A DNA stretch of 64,000 nucleotides from the human T2T-CHM13v2.0 reference genome, Homo sapiens, in assembly GCF_009914755.1 (NCBI RefSeq), contig NC_060928.1; one strand, 5' to 3'. Position numbers and translations under genes: made by a program. Positions 1 to 15,027 of this stretch are shown piece after piece. The notes under the pieces were generated by a model, which saw only the letters and a program-made list of their open reading frames with translations, had not been told where the DNA came from and made no database searches. How positions within the stretch are numbered: the first letter of the stretch is position 1; each line of letters starts with the position of its first letter.

Positions 1-284
1 GAGAGAAGTGATAATAGAACTGTTACCTTCAGTCAGAACATAGGACACTTTAATGTTATTTTGAGGACAATAGAATTCTATATATCACTGATAAAATTGA
101 CAATTTTTATAAATTAGCAAATTGTTCCCACATACCTCATATTTCAATATTGACATATTTCATTTGGTCGCTGTTTATTTTTGAAACAATATCAGAAGAT
201 ATATTTTTAATCTTAGGAAACATTGTGTCAAAATCATGATATAAATGAATGTATTTTATTCATTGTTTAATACAAATCAGTTTG

Positions 285-1010
285 AAAAAAAAGACACAAA
301 TTATCAGCATCAGGATTAAAAGAGGTGGTATCAGTAAACCAGGCACTATCACCAATACAGTACAGACATTAAAGGATAAAAAAATACTGTAATTGGATTC
401 ATATAATAAATTTGAAAACAGATGAACTGGAGCCATTCCTTAAAGACAAATTACCAAAATCACTCAGAACAAGATATATAACCTGAACAGCCATGTATCT
501 ATTTAGAAATATTAAATTTGCAGTTTAAAAGCTTCCAAAAAAACCCTTTGGTTTTAGATGGTTCCACTGGTGACTTCTACTGGTTATTTAAGGGAAAAAT
601 GCTACTAACTCTTGGTAATTTCTTACAGAAAATAAAAGATGAACAAAACTTCCTTTAAGAAACACACATTTTATGAGACCAGTATTATACTCATGTCAAA
701 ACAAAAGATAATAAGAGGAAATAAAACTACAGTCCAACATTTCTCCAGAGCATAGATACAAAAATCTTCAGTAAAGTATTAGAAAATTGAATCCAGTAAT
801 ATCTACCTATCTATATCTATATCCATATGTTTATCTATCTAAAGTGAGCAAACTTTTTAAAAATTCAGTATCTATGAATGTTGAAATAATCTAAGAAGCA
901 AAATATTTTTCTCAGTTTGATACAGAACATCTAGAATAGGCATAGAGCTAACATGACATTTAGTGAAGATGATTCCGTGTTCTCCCCTTAGGGTGGGAAA
1001 CTAAGCAATA
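285..1010 (+). mobile_element. Old L1 (L1M-type) ORF2 fragment, decayed
   Basis: Recognisable L1 ORF2 tracts, e.g. GATGGTTCCACTGGTGACTTCTAC and AGATACAAAAATCTTCAGTAAAGTATTAGAAAATTGAATCC; many stops and indels. Confidence 0.75.
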
Positions 1011-1014
1011 AATT

Positions 1015-1290
1015 TGTGTCTATTGATATGATTACGGTTTTTTTATTATGTCTATTAATAAGGTGAATTTTATTGCTGGATTTTTGAGTGTGGATACAAC
1101 CTTGCATTTCTTGAAAAATCTACTTGGTCCTGATGTATATTTGTGTGTGTGTGTGTGTGCATGGGTGTGTGTGTATGTGTAGGGGAGAGACAGAGACAGA
1201 GTGTGTGAGAGATGGATTTGATTTTCTAATACTTTCTTGAGAATGTCTGTGTTTACGTACAAGAGAGATGTTGGTTTTGTTTAGTGGTTT
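1015..1290 (-). mobile_element. L1 ORF2 fragment in opposite orientation, interrupted by TG/GA microsatellite
   Basis: Reverse complement reads CATCAGGACCAAGTAGATTTTT...AAATGCAAGG...ATCATATCAATAGA, matching the L1 RT-upstream [13 protein letters not shown] region. Confidence 0.7.
1141..1212. repeat. (TG)n/(GA)n compound microsatellite
   Basis: Directly visible TG and GA/GACAGA runs. Confidence 0.95.
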
Positions 1291-1379
1291 TGTTCTCTCA
1301 ACACTTCTATTTTTTAGCAGCTCCTTGTGCTTCTTTATTTTCATTTTTTATTATTTTTGCTTATATTTGTGTATTCATA

Positions 1380-3700
<2,321 letters not shown>

Positions 3701-4919
3701 GTAACCAATTATTTTATAGCACATGGGATAAAGTTAGAATAATATCAATGGACATTATTTTTTCAGAATTAAATATATTTCTCCTTGCTAAGCATATTTT
3801 ATAAAAAACACATTTTTCAATATAGTTAATACACTAATTATTGCTCTATAAGAGGATGTTAACCTAGATAAATGTCTGGCTTTATTTAACGCAGTTACAA
3901 ACTAAGAATCCATTACTTGCCTTACTGTGTTCTAAAATTCTTTCTGTCAAGTTAAATGATTCTTAAGAGAATGAAATTATTTGTCACAGATATTTCAGAA
4001 AATATTTTGAAAACTCATAGTAATAGATGAGGCAGCAGATAATAAAAGTTTTCTTCATCTAATGGTGGCCAAATCAATACAAACTTGAGGTCACTACAGT
4101 CAGTATTAAGAGCTGATTCAGAAAGACAACTACTTACCACCATAAGTAGAATTCAGACAGCTGTGTCATGATTCTACAGATGTTCAAAGCCATTTATAGA
4201 AGTTATATTCACACCTATAAATGAGAAAAGTGAACTCTACACCCTGAGATTTGGAGCATTACATGGAGAGAAACTGCTGTACAGCAACTTCTGATTTATA
4301 AAAGGGGATTTGGATGTAAAACTATAGTATGTATTTTAGATAAGTCTTTCCAACTTACCTAAAACTTCTCTAAAAAAACTAAATCATGTTCACATTTTAT
4401 GTCCTATATTTATTCATAGAAAGCTTCTTTAAATTAATTTACTAATTTATTGAAAATAATCAAGAAATAATTGAAAAAGTGTTTCTTTTATATTGTATAC
4501 ATTCAATCTCAAGGACTTTCAATGATTTTAACATTCAATGATTTAACATTTTAACATTTTAAATATGAAAATTATTTAATTAAAAATAGCACAAATTAAT
4601 ATTTCTTTTCCCAGCTTGACAATCTTGGAACCTTGATTAATTTTTAGGGTGCTAGCATTATTTCATCAACTTCTTTTTTGAATGATATCCTTATTTAACC
4701 AAATTGTGAAGGAATACTTTAAAGAAATTATTTATCTCCCACTTCTATCAAATTTACATTAGAAATGTAGTAACTGGATTTGAAATTCTTTCTCATCTTG
4801 TCAAATCCAAAATACACAGAAAATCTGCTTAGTGTTTTTAATGTACATAAATAATTGCATTATATAGTTACAAGTTTCTATATAAGAACCAAAGGGTGGC
4901 AGCTGGAGGTGTCAGTCAT

Positions 4920-5060
4920 GTATAAATATTTGCCAGTTACAGAGCGTGTCCTATGGTTCATAAATTTTAATATTTAATCTATACAAAAAACTTGTAAGCT
5001 AAATGGTATTGTCTGTATTTTATAAATAAAGAAACTTTAATTTGGAGAAAAAAGATTCTA
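4920..5060 (-). mobile_element. MIR relic
   Basis: Weak match to antisense MIR core (ATTTAATCT...GGTATTGTCTGTATTTTATAAATAAAGAAACT). Confidence 0.45.
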
Positions 5061-5348
5061 AAGAAAGCTATCAGGAATGGATATTAGTTACCAATAATGT
5101 CCTTTTGCCACCATTCCTGTTCATTTGTAAAACTAATAAATAAATCACCTATTATAACTAATATTAAATAACTCTCCAAAAATTACCTCTACAAAAATAT
5201 AGATAGCTCATTTGGAAATTAATCAAAATTACATAATATAACTTGTTCAAAAATGTGACCATTTTACATTTAAATTTAAAATACCATTTTTAAAGAACTC
5301 AAACCAATGTTTCTTACAAAATTATAATGATTTCTACTATATGTAATC

Positions 5349-5350
<2 letters not shown>

Positions 5351-5380
<30 letters not shown>
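5351..5380. repeat. (CA)15 microsatellite
   Basis: Perfect run visible. Confidence 0.98.
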
Positions 5381-5383
<3 letters not shown>

Positions 5384-5559
5384 TTACTGTACCTGGAAGC
5401 TTACATTGTAATACCCTAAAGGGGGAAAAAATCATCTTGCAGAGATTCTGAAGTAGCTAGACTAGAGGAAATTAATTTGTTATTCCTTGCCTTTGTTTGA
5501 GAGAGGAAAAGCACCAGCAACAGCATAGTATATTGTGAAAATAACAAATAAAAATGTTA

Positions 5560-5760
5560 ATTTATGAGATATTGAAGAGGTAAAGTAAATAGAACTCTTG
5601 ACTCATTACCTGTTTGGGACGATTAAGAGAGGTGAGTCAGGATGACCACCAGGTTTCAAGCTTGAAACCTGAATGATAGGCCATATTTTGTATTTAACAA
5701 TTAGGGAAGTACAGTAGAAGACAGTCTAGATGAAGAGTTCAGGCTAGCATCAGAAGTAAA
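5560..5760 (-). mobile_element. L2 relic
   Basis: GAGTCAGGATGACCACCAGGTTTC resembles the antisense L2 motif GAGTCAAGGATGACTCCCAGGTTTC. Confidence 0.55.
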
Positions 5761-5939
5761 ATTTAGTCTTAGTGGAATATTCATTGTTCCATTTGTTATA
5801 TTATTTCCATAGAAATATCATCCATATGCATTCTATATCATTTTGTATCTGTGAATCCAAATTGACTCTAATTAAAATGAAATAGTTGAAAAACAATAGC
5901 TCTTAAACTTTAACTTTTTAAGTCAAGATTTTAGAGTTT

Positions 5940-6826
5940 CCTGCCTTCCAGCTCTGAAGAGAGCAGCTGATTCTGACAAGGGCAATTCTCCCAGCATAGC
6001 ACACCAGCTCTGCAAAGGGACAAGCTGCCTCCTCAAGTGGGTGCTTGACCCCTGTGCCTCCTAATTGGGAGAGACCTCTCAACAGGGGTTGACAGGCACC
6101 TCAAACAGGAGAGCTCCGGCGGGCATAAGGCTGGTGCCCCTCTGGGATAAAGCTTCTAGAGGAAGGAGCAGGCAACAATCTTTGCTGTTCTGCAGCCACC
6201 ACTGGTGATACCCAGGCAAAGAGGGTCTGGAGCGGACCTCCAACAAACTGCAGCAGACATGAAGAAGAGGGGTCTGACTGTTAAAAGAAAAACTGACGAA
6301 CAGAAAGCAACAAAAACAACATCAACAGAAAAGAACCCCACACAAAAACCCCATCCAAAGGTCATCAGCCTCAAAGATCAAAGGTAGATAAATACACGAT
6401 AATGAGTGTAAAAAGGCTGAAAATTCCAAAAGCCAGAACCCCTCTTCCCCAAATGATCACAACATCTCTCCAGCAAGGATGCAAAACTGGATGGAGAATG
6501 AGATTGAGGAATTGATAGAAGTAGGCAACAGAAGGTGGGTAATAACAAACTCCTCTGATCTAAAGGAGCATGTTCTAACCCAATGCAATGAAGCTAAGAA
6601 CCTTGATAAAAGGTTATAGGAAGTGCTAATTAGAATAATCAGTTTAGAAAGGAACATAAATGAATGGATGAAGCTAAAAAACACAGCACGAGAACTTTGT
6701 AAAGCATACATAAGTATCAATAGCTGAATCAATCAAGGGAGAGTCAGGATATCCAATATTGAAGACCTCCTTGCTGAAATAAGGCATGAAGACAAGATTA
6801 GAGAAAAAAGAATGAAAAGGAACGAA
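5940..6826 (+). mobile_element. L1PA7/8-like internal fragment: 3' part of 5'UTR plus N-terminal ORF1 (disrupted)
   Basis: L1PA 5'UTR motifs (CTGCCTCCTCAAGTGGG, GGTGATACCCAGGCAAA..GGGTCTGGAG), ORF1 start region ~6402 and coiled-coil codons ending at AGAATGAAAAGGAACGAA; no 3' end or polyA. Confidence 0.92.
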
Positions 6827-6929
6827 CTAATTATTTTTGATACTTAATTCTTTACACACTTAGAAATCACCCTTTTATAATATCAGGAAGTCGTGAACAA
6901 TTTTTCTAAAATTTTAATCTCCTAAATGA

Positions 6930-7090
6930 ACTTTTTCTTCCTTTCTTTCTTCTCCCCTCCCCTCCCCTTCCCTCCTCTTCCCTTCTTCCCCCTCCCCTCC
7001 TCTCTCCTCCCTTCTCCTCCTCTCCCCTTCTCTTCCCTTGCCTTCTTCCTTCCTTCTTCCCTTCCCTTCTCTCTTTCTTTCCTCTTTTTC
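6930..7090. repeat. Polypyrimidine (CT-rich) low-complexity tract
   Basis: About 160 bp almost purely C/T, abutting the antisense L1 3' end. Confidence 0.95.
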
Positions 7091-7400
7091 TTAAATCTAT
7101 TTAATGTGTACAACATGATATTTTGATATATATACACACAGTGAAATGATTGTTACAGTCACCAAAATTAATGTATTTATCATCCCACACCATTAGCATT
7201 TTTGTGCACATGTTGTAAGAGCACCTAAAATCTACTCTGTTAGTAAATTTCCAGTATATATTAAAATATTACTAACTATATTCTTCATGTCCTACAGTAG
7301 GTCTCTAGATTTATTCATTATAAATATCTGCAACTTTGTACCCTTTGACCTACATCTCTCCATTCCTCACTTACCTCCCAACTTCCATTCTACTCTCTTG
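7091..7400 (-). mobile_element. L1MA (MA8/9-like) 3' end
   Basis: GTGTACAACATGATATTTTGATAT, AAAATCTACTCT..AGTAAATTTCCAGTAT, ACTTTGTACCCTTTGACC match the antisense L1MA 3'UTR. Confidence 0.85.
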
Positions 7401-7449
7401 TTTTCTTACTAGTTTCCCTGTTTCCATCGTTTTCTTCCCAGATAGTCAA

Positions 7450-7600
7450 TACTCAAAGGCTGACAGAGTAATTTTTGCAAATTATAAATCAAACCATGTC
7501 TAAAACTTATTAATTTTAGTGGCTTTCTATTACATTGAAAATAAAAGCCAAGCTTTATACCATGGCCCTAGATGATGTGACTTTTGTCTGAATTTCCTAC
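7450..7600 (+). mobile_element. L2 relic
   Basis: CAGAGTAATTTTT..AAATCAAACCATGTC..AGTGGCTTTCTATT..ATAAAAGCCAAGCT..ACCATGGCC is typical L2 3' body. Confidence 0.6.
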
Positions 7601-8161
7601 TTCATTAAGTTATTTGTGGACAAATAAGTTACCAGTTCACTATTGGACATCCAATATTTCATTTGGCTTTTTAAAATTTCTTGAATTGAATCCAGAGTGA
7701 TTTTGTTTAAGGCTTATAACTTGTTATTTTAAAGTTGTGTATTTATTCCAAATTCCAGATCTAACTGATGTGTGCAATACTTCTAACATCTCTAGACGTA
7801 ATTATTCCTTTCTTGGCTCTGGTTACTGTTGGTATTTTAAATAGCCTACTACTACTGTCGGTTGTTTTCCCCTAGGTTAATTGTGCTACTTTCAATACTC
7901 TTTCCAGTTTATAATTTCCTATTGTGACATATTTTTAATCAGTCCCCAATGAATTTGCACTATTTTTGTAATTATAATAAGTTCTCTATTACTGACTTTG
8001 TATACATCTTATTACATTTGTTACAATACATTAAAGCAGGGTTTCCAGAAGATCCCCCCCAAATTGAAATCCATCACATATCAATTATGCTTTGTGGTAG
8101 ACACTTATAAATATCCTGTGGGTCATATAATAAAAAAAACTCCTAACAAGTGAAACTTAAT

Positions 8162-8612
8162 TGTTAACAACAGAGTGAGAGACAATCTTCCAAAGGCTCT
8201 CTGTGTTCTTACTAGTAACCTGAGAATGCAATGTCTCACTATTCTTTATATGGGCCATTTCTGAGGATTGCCTTTGCATATGTAATCTCAATTTAATACA
8301 TCCCACCAGACAAATAGCAGGATTACAATAAAAGCAGTAGATTACCTCAGCTCACAGCACTTCCATCCTCTAGTGTAACCCACTGTGTATGCAGTCACCC
8401 ATCTCAGCCACCTGGGTTGCCCCTTTGGGATGGGGGAACATGGAGAAACAGCATGAACAGGAAACTCTTGCCATGACTTTTGCAATAAGTAGTAAAGTTA
8501 TTTGTCTTCAATCCAAGAATCGTGTGTCTTCTGTCAGCATCCACAGATGCTAACAGACTGGTTTTCTAGCTTAGCAAATATGGTAAAATCCCAGACTTTA
8601 AACAGTTCTATA
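8162..8612 (+). mobile_element. Old ERVL-class solo LTR (MER54/MER74-group like)
   Basis: 3' end GTGTCTTCTGTCAGCATCCA...GGTAAAATCCCAGAC..AACAGTTCT resembles this LTR group; family assignment from memory. Confidence 0.6.
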
Positions 8613-9723
8613 TAATAATGGATAATGTTTGTTATAAAAATGAGACTTAACTGTTGAAAATTTGGATAAACATTTATAGCTAATGCAATTTTCCCAAGGG
8701 ATATATTTACTGAAACAAAAAATTTATTAGTTGTTACTAATCCAAAATTTAAACAGGAAAACATTAATATGTTATTAAGCAGGTATCTTCAGAAATTACT
8801 AAAAGCAGTAAAAATACAATTGTACAAAAAGTTAAATTTCACGGAATTATGTTAATGTGTCATCAATTGCAAAAAAGATGGTTTCAATTATTTTCTTTGA
8901 ATCTTAAAAAGTACCTTTAATTAGTGAAGCAAAATCTGAATTCGGAATTATGTAAGGCTTGTACAGATGGTGAAATTCATGAATGGAAATGATAATTAAC
9001 ACTTTGTGTGGAAACGGTTATTTTTATTGTTCTAATCTGTAAAATCAGATACTTCTACAGGATAGTGACTGTTTCAATATTTATAATCATTTCCTTTTTT
9101 TCCCCAGGCAAAATATTGGTAAAATGTTAAGCAAGTAAATCTTTCTTTTCCTGAAGGTTCATGAATATTAAATAGATGAAGACTTAGGAGATTCAAGTTT
9201 TCAAACTTCTAGAACTAAATTAGAGATTCCATAAAAAGCATTCTAATGAGGGATTTTTTATTGTAATAAAATAATCTGTTCTCTTTACTAGCGTCTTATT
9301 TTATTTTTAATAATAATTGTTCATTTTCAAAATAAATAAAAATGTAATGGAGAATATTAAAATGATCTATAATTCCAATACAATAATCACTTTGAGATTA
9401 AACATAAATAGCCGTAAAAATAATGCCTGTACAAGGGGAGAGTAGTCAGTCAATTCGTTAAACTATAGAACAAAAATGAATGTCACCCACAGCTTTTTAA
9501 ACTCATTTATACTTCTCTTTTTGTGTTTCAAAAACATTTTGTTGCTTATCTTTATGAAAAATTGTCTTATTTACTTCATTATTTTCATAATGTAGTTTCC
9601 ATGTCTGCCTTAGATTTATACTACTTCATTAATTTTAACATTTCCAGAGTAATTAGCTGTATGAATGTAACAAAATTTAAAAATTTGTCTTCTATTAATT
9701 AATACTTTGTTGGTCTTAGTCCC

Positions 9724-10123
9724 TGATATAGTTTCGATATTTTGTCCTCTCCAAATCTCATGTTGAAATGTGATCCCCAGTGTTTGGTGGGAGGTGTCTG
9801 TGTCATGAAGGCAGATCCCTCATGAATGGCTTGGTGCACTCCCCATGGTAATGAGTTCTTGCTCTGTTTGTTCAAGTAAGATTTGTTTGTTTCAAAGAAA
9901 TCTTGGCACCTCCTCCTCTCTCTCTCACCCCCCCTCACCATATGACACACCAGCTCTCCCTTTGCCTTCCACTATCATGGAAAGCTTTTGAGGACTCACC
10001 AGAAGCAGATACTGGTGCCATGCTTGTACAGTCTGTGGAACCACAAGCCAAAATAAACCTCTTTTATTATAGATTGCCTGCCCTCAGGTATTCTTTCATA
10101 GCAACGCAGAATGGACGAATACA
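9724..10123 (+). mobile_element. MSTB-like MaLR solo LTR
   Basis: TGATATAGTTT..CCAAATCTCATGTTGAAATGTGATCCCCA start, AATAAACCTCTTT, ..GGACGAATACA end; 5-bp TSD GTCCC/GTCTC. Confidence 0.93.
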
Positions 10124-10183
10124 GTCTCCACCCCCACTTGCCATATAAACTGTACTTTAATGAATATCTTCTTACATACATAA

Positions 10184-10582
<399 letters not shown>

Positions 10583-12769
10583 TGAACAATTTATACTTTC
10601 ATTTACATGGGAATTTCTATCTTAGCAGAAGTAATGAAAAAATTCATATTAGCAAATTTATGTACATTTCTTGATTTTTACATTATTAAAGCATATTGGG
10701 CCTATTTATTATTCTACTAAAATAATGAAATGACTAACAAATGTAAAGGATTTTTAACATATATAACAATAGCTAGTGTAGGAAAGTTAAAGCAACCAGA
10801 ATTCTTTGTAAAATCTATGTAATTGACTTTTCAGTAGCTAGAGTATTTCATAAGAATATAAAATACAATCATTGTTTTGGTGTGATCTAGTGTCCTAAAA
10901 ATGATGACATTGTTAATGAAACTACATTAGAATATATGTAAAATGAACCTAAAATATATTAAATCCATGAACATTACTATAGATATATAATTATTTTCCA
11001 ACATAGCATTCTGAAATAGCTAATTCAGGTTTCACTTTTATTTCTACTAATAGCTATTTATTCTATAAGTGTCTTTGCCCAAATAACTTGAACACTTACA
11101 GACATTCACGTTATATCCCTGAAATGTGAAATATCATAAAATATTTACTTTTATTTTAAAATTTTATATGTATGCATACTACTGTTACAAAGCTATATTT
11201 ACCTTATATTTTCTGTCTCTTTTAACTTACTGTATTTTTATTTTTATATGGTTAATATTTTGAGTAGAAATAACGTTCTCTTTTGTTAAGTCTATATGAA
11301 TATATCAACATTATAATATCTTAAAATCAGCCAACTGGCCCAAGTTAATACATATCACATTCCAGTAACCAAAACCAAAAATTTTATAATTATTTTCTTC
11401 CTTCAGGAGATAAAACAGTACTTGCTTTTATAATACTATTTTGATTGCTAGAAAACCTAAGTGTCTGTAATATCATAAGAGGAATTTTACTAGCAAAATA
11501 GCATCTTAAATATTTAAATATGCATACGGACATTATTTGATATTCTCTTTAAATGTAGAGTAACAGAAGGGCTGCTGGAACAGGGAGTTAGACACAGAGC
11601 TTGCCGATGAATATCAGACTGTGCCAGTTCTGCATAAGATTGTGCCTGCTGAGTGAATGGTTCTGGCTTTCACACACTCCATAACTGAACTTCTAAAACG
11701 ATCACATTACTGTGCATATAGTGAGCTCTGTGGATGCTTACAGATATCTGAAAACTGTTTATCTGTGCCTGAAGAAGAAAATAGATCTTTTTGTTAAAAT
11801 TTCCATCCCATGGAACATTAAATCGGCATTTGAATCAGGGTGCACCTACTTCAAATGTATGTATAATAAAATATTTAAATCTGCTTTAAAATTTCCAAAT
11901 GACAACAATGTGAAAATTATAAAGATGTTTTAGATCAATAACATGGTTATATTAAATGGGATAGTTAAAATTATGTGGGGCAGAAATGAACACCTTTGAA
12001 ACGTTGGATGTGTATCTGTATGTGTGCACTGTATATGAACATTTGCTCAGAGACATATTTAAAGCAGTTTTTAAAAATTATTTCATTTATAATTTATACA
12101 TTGCAATCCCTGTCTTTAGCTAACCTTGTCCTAGTTATCGATAGTTTTCTGTTGTTGCCCATATCAACAGGCAAAGAGACTCAAAGAACTATAAACACTA
12201 AGCAGTCTTTTTTTTTAATTCCCATAATGAACAATTCAATCCAAAAATAAAATATAAACAATAATTGCCTTTAGGAATTCAATTTAGGCAGCTCCTAGTT
12301 TTGTTTTCACAGAAGATAGACGTTTAAAACTTTTTAAAAAACAAGATCACCAGAGCTATCCAGTATGAATTACAATGTTTCAGTGCTCTGGTCTGTTCAT
12401 AGGCTTGCAAGCACCCACTTGGTTCATCACACAAAGTAATATGATCATGTTAAAAGTTCAGTTTTTTGGTTTGGTAAGCACAAACTTGAATAGCTTTCTA
12501 AAAAGTAAAAAGATATTTATGAATATATATTAAATCATCTTTTATAGTTTACAAGAGCACAGAAGTATTTTCTTCTTTGATTTTTCTTAAATAATTACAT
12601 TAAGTAGCAAGTATTTAAGAGTATGGAAATTAAAACCAAGCAGAAAGGAATTAAATTTTACTGAAAGGTTCTAACTTGTTTTGCTTACACTTACCTAAGC
12701 TAAGCTAATTCTACTTATTTCCATCTCTTGCGAGTTAATTGGTTTGCTTGTAATCTCAAAAAAAAAATA

Positions 12770-13444
12770 AAACTCATAAAATCAAAAGATACTCTCTCCA
12801 CTGAAAAGTTATGTAAAGTATGGGAAAACTGAACACACAACATTAATACTAGTAAGCAATTAATTGCCTTGCATATTTTAAATGCTAGAACTAAAATAAT
12901 ATTTGGATTTGACAAAATGATAAAATATAATAACAATGATTTTTAAAAGCTTTCGTTTTTAAATCCTTTCTATATTCTAGGCACTTATCTCCCTGGCTTT
13001 TCTTTCAGAAAGCTGAAACATTTTTAGAATACCATCCTAAGGGCAGTGAAAAGGTGGGTGTTTGAGGATTGTGGGGATGTTTGTGTATGCATGTATGTTA
13101 GAAAGAGAAATGCAGAAATGTTAATGCAGGTTTGTTAGAAAGTTTCTCTCGAAAAAGGAAGGAGACAACTGGATATATGCGGGCTTCACATCTGTGCAGA
13201 TTGAATATTTTGCTGTTAAGCTAGGGAGGTAAGTGCCTTGAATATAGAAATGACTTAAAAATGAAAGCTTTTTAAAATGATTGTTATTACTTTTGTCATT
13301 TTATAAAATCCAAATATTATTTTAGTTCTAGTATTTCAAATGTTTAAGGCAATTAATTGCTTGTTGCTCTTAGCATTGTGGGTTCAGTTTCCCCATACTT
13401 TATCTTTTCAGTGGAAAGAGTATCTTTCAATTTTATAAGGTTTG
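12770..13444. repeat. Long imperfect inverted repeat, ~230-bp arms (12770-12999, 13218-13444), 218-bp spacer
   Basis: Arms align by eye at about 85%; exact 26-bp reverse complement CTAGAACTAAAATAATATTTGGATTT (12885-12910) vs 13306-13331; ORF track shows the mirrored peptide FSVERVSF on both strands. Confidence 0.95.
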
Positions 13445-13911
13445 TAAAGTTTTTACTAGATTGGGATGAGATTTATTCTGACTTTTTTACAAGACCAATT
13501 AATACTGCAGTGTTTCTCAGTTTTTGGAGTAATATTGATTACTGATACACATGTTTAAAGCAATTTTAAAATAAAAACAACTGTATTGTGAATCTTATCT
13601 CTTCCAGTATCACAAAAAGCAGTATCTTTTGAGGCAGGGAGTATATGTCTTTCAATCATCTGTTTACAAATAAATAAACTGATACTCACTGACATAAATA
13701 ACAAGAAGTGATCCTACACCTTTCTGTGATTTCACAGTATGAAAAAGCATCAGAATCTCAATGATCCTTGGTACAGAAAGGAAAAGGAAAGAATGAGAAA
13801 TTTTTTGTTTCTTTTCTTTTGATTGTACTATTTTCTTTAGTAATGACCCCTGTGCCTTTGGAAAACTTAGAAAAACACAAATCTCTTATGTACTAGTATA
13901 TCTCCACACAG

Positions 13912-13990
13912 TAGATACTTATTGAGCACCTCTACATGATCTAAGCTAAGCATTAGAGATGCAAAGATAAATATGGCATAAGTTTATCCT
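13912..13990 (-). mobile_element. L2 3' end relic
   Basis: ATACTTATTGAGCACCTCTAC...CTAAGCATTAGAGATGCAAAGATAAAT. Confidence 0.55.
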
Positions 13991-14229
13991 CACTGTATAT
14001 ACTTTTATACTCAAACTTTGTATTTCAGTTACATTTCAGTTAGAATTGTAAGTATAAGCTTGTTCTTCACAAATGGAAAAACACATGTATTAACAGAAAT
14101 ACAGGATAATTAAAACACTAGTTGATAGAAGCATGTAAAGGTAATGAAGACTAGAAGAATACTAGCTTCAAGTCAAGAGAAATAATATCAATATGGCAAA
14201 GAGTCTTGATGCTGGACATAAAAACTTAG

Positions 14230-15027
14230 TGAGAGAGGAGGAAGGAAGGAACTGGTGAGGCATGCAGTGAGGGTGGGCCCTTGGTAGAACTCCCTCAAAC
14301 CAAGAACAGCCTGAAAACCAAGCTGCAGGCCCCAGAGAAGAAAAAGCTTGTGTCTCTGAAAGGAAATGCCCTCTCTGTGAGCCCAGGTGGACAAATTCCA
14401 CTCTTTTTTGGGTGGCTTTCTCTCCCTTCAGCACACCTTTGTCCCATTTCACACGCTTCCTCCTGTTGGTGCTTACCTTTCACCTATTTTATATATACTT
14501 ATCTTTCTGTGATTGGCCGTAGGCTGAGTCTTTATTTGCATGGACTGAAACATCACTCCAACTCCTGACTGATTGCTGGTCAAGCCTTCACTTCTGCCTC
14601 TAATTGGCTTTTTACACTCTCATGTCTTTTTCTGAATGGTGTTTTTCCAAAACAACCCACAGACTGGTCAGCACATTCTTCCTCATTTCCAGTCCATAAA
14701 ACTCCAAAACTTAGCCCTGCAGCAGGCAACTCTCTTTTGGGCTCCTTCTCTGCTGAGAGCTTTTTCTGTTGCTTAAGAAATCCTACTCTGCCTTTACTCA
14801 CTCTCTGGTGGCCATGTGCCTTATTCTTCTTGGTTGTGGGACAAGAACCCAGAACTCATTGAACTGCAGAGTACAGGAACTGTAGTGCTTCAGCTCCTGG
14901 AGCTGCAACCAGCAGGAGTAAAAGAACTGTAACACTTCCTCCCACTCACCAAACTATGGAAGTAAAGAAGCCACTGGGCACCACTTCCTCCCACTCACTG
15001 AACAGCGGAAGTAGGAAAGCCACAGCA
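14230..15027 (+). mobile_element. ERV1 (MER4-group; MER61/MER52-like) solo LTR
   Basis: TG...CA termini, 4-bp TSD TTAG/TTAA, start TGAGAGAGGAGGAAGGAAG, U5 TTATTCTTCTTGGTTGTGGGACAAGAACCC and repeated CACTTCCTCCCACTCAC units. Confidence 0.8.

Noticed and set aside
6922-7137. RGG/KE-rich and Pro/Phe-rich ORFs
   Set aside because: Translation of the CT low-complexity tract.
11560-11860. Slightly GC-richer unique patch, possible enhancer or exon
   Set aside because: No ORF, splice pair or motif cluster that I can support without conservation data.
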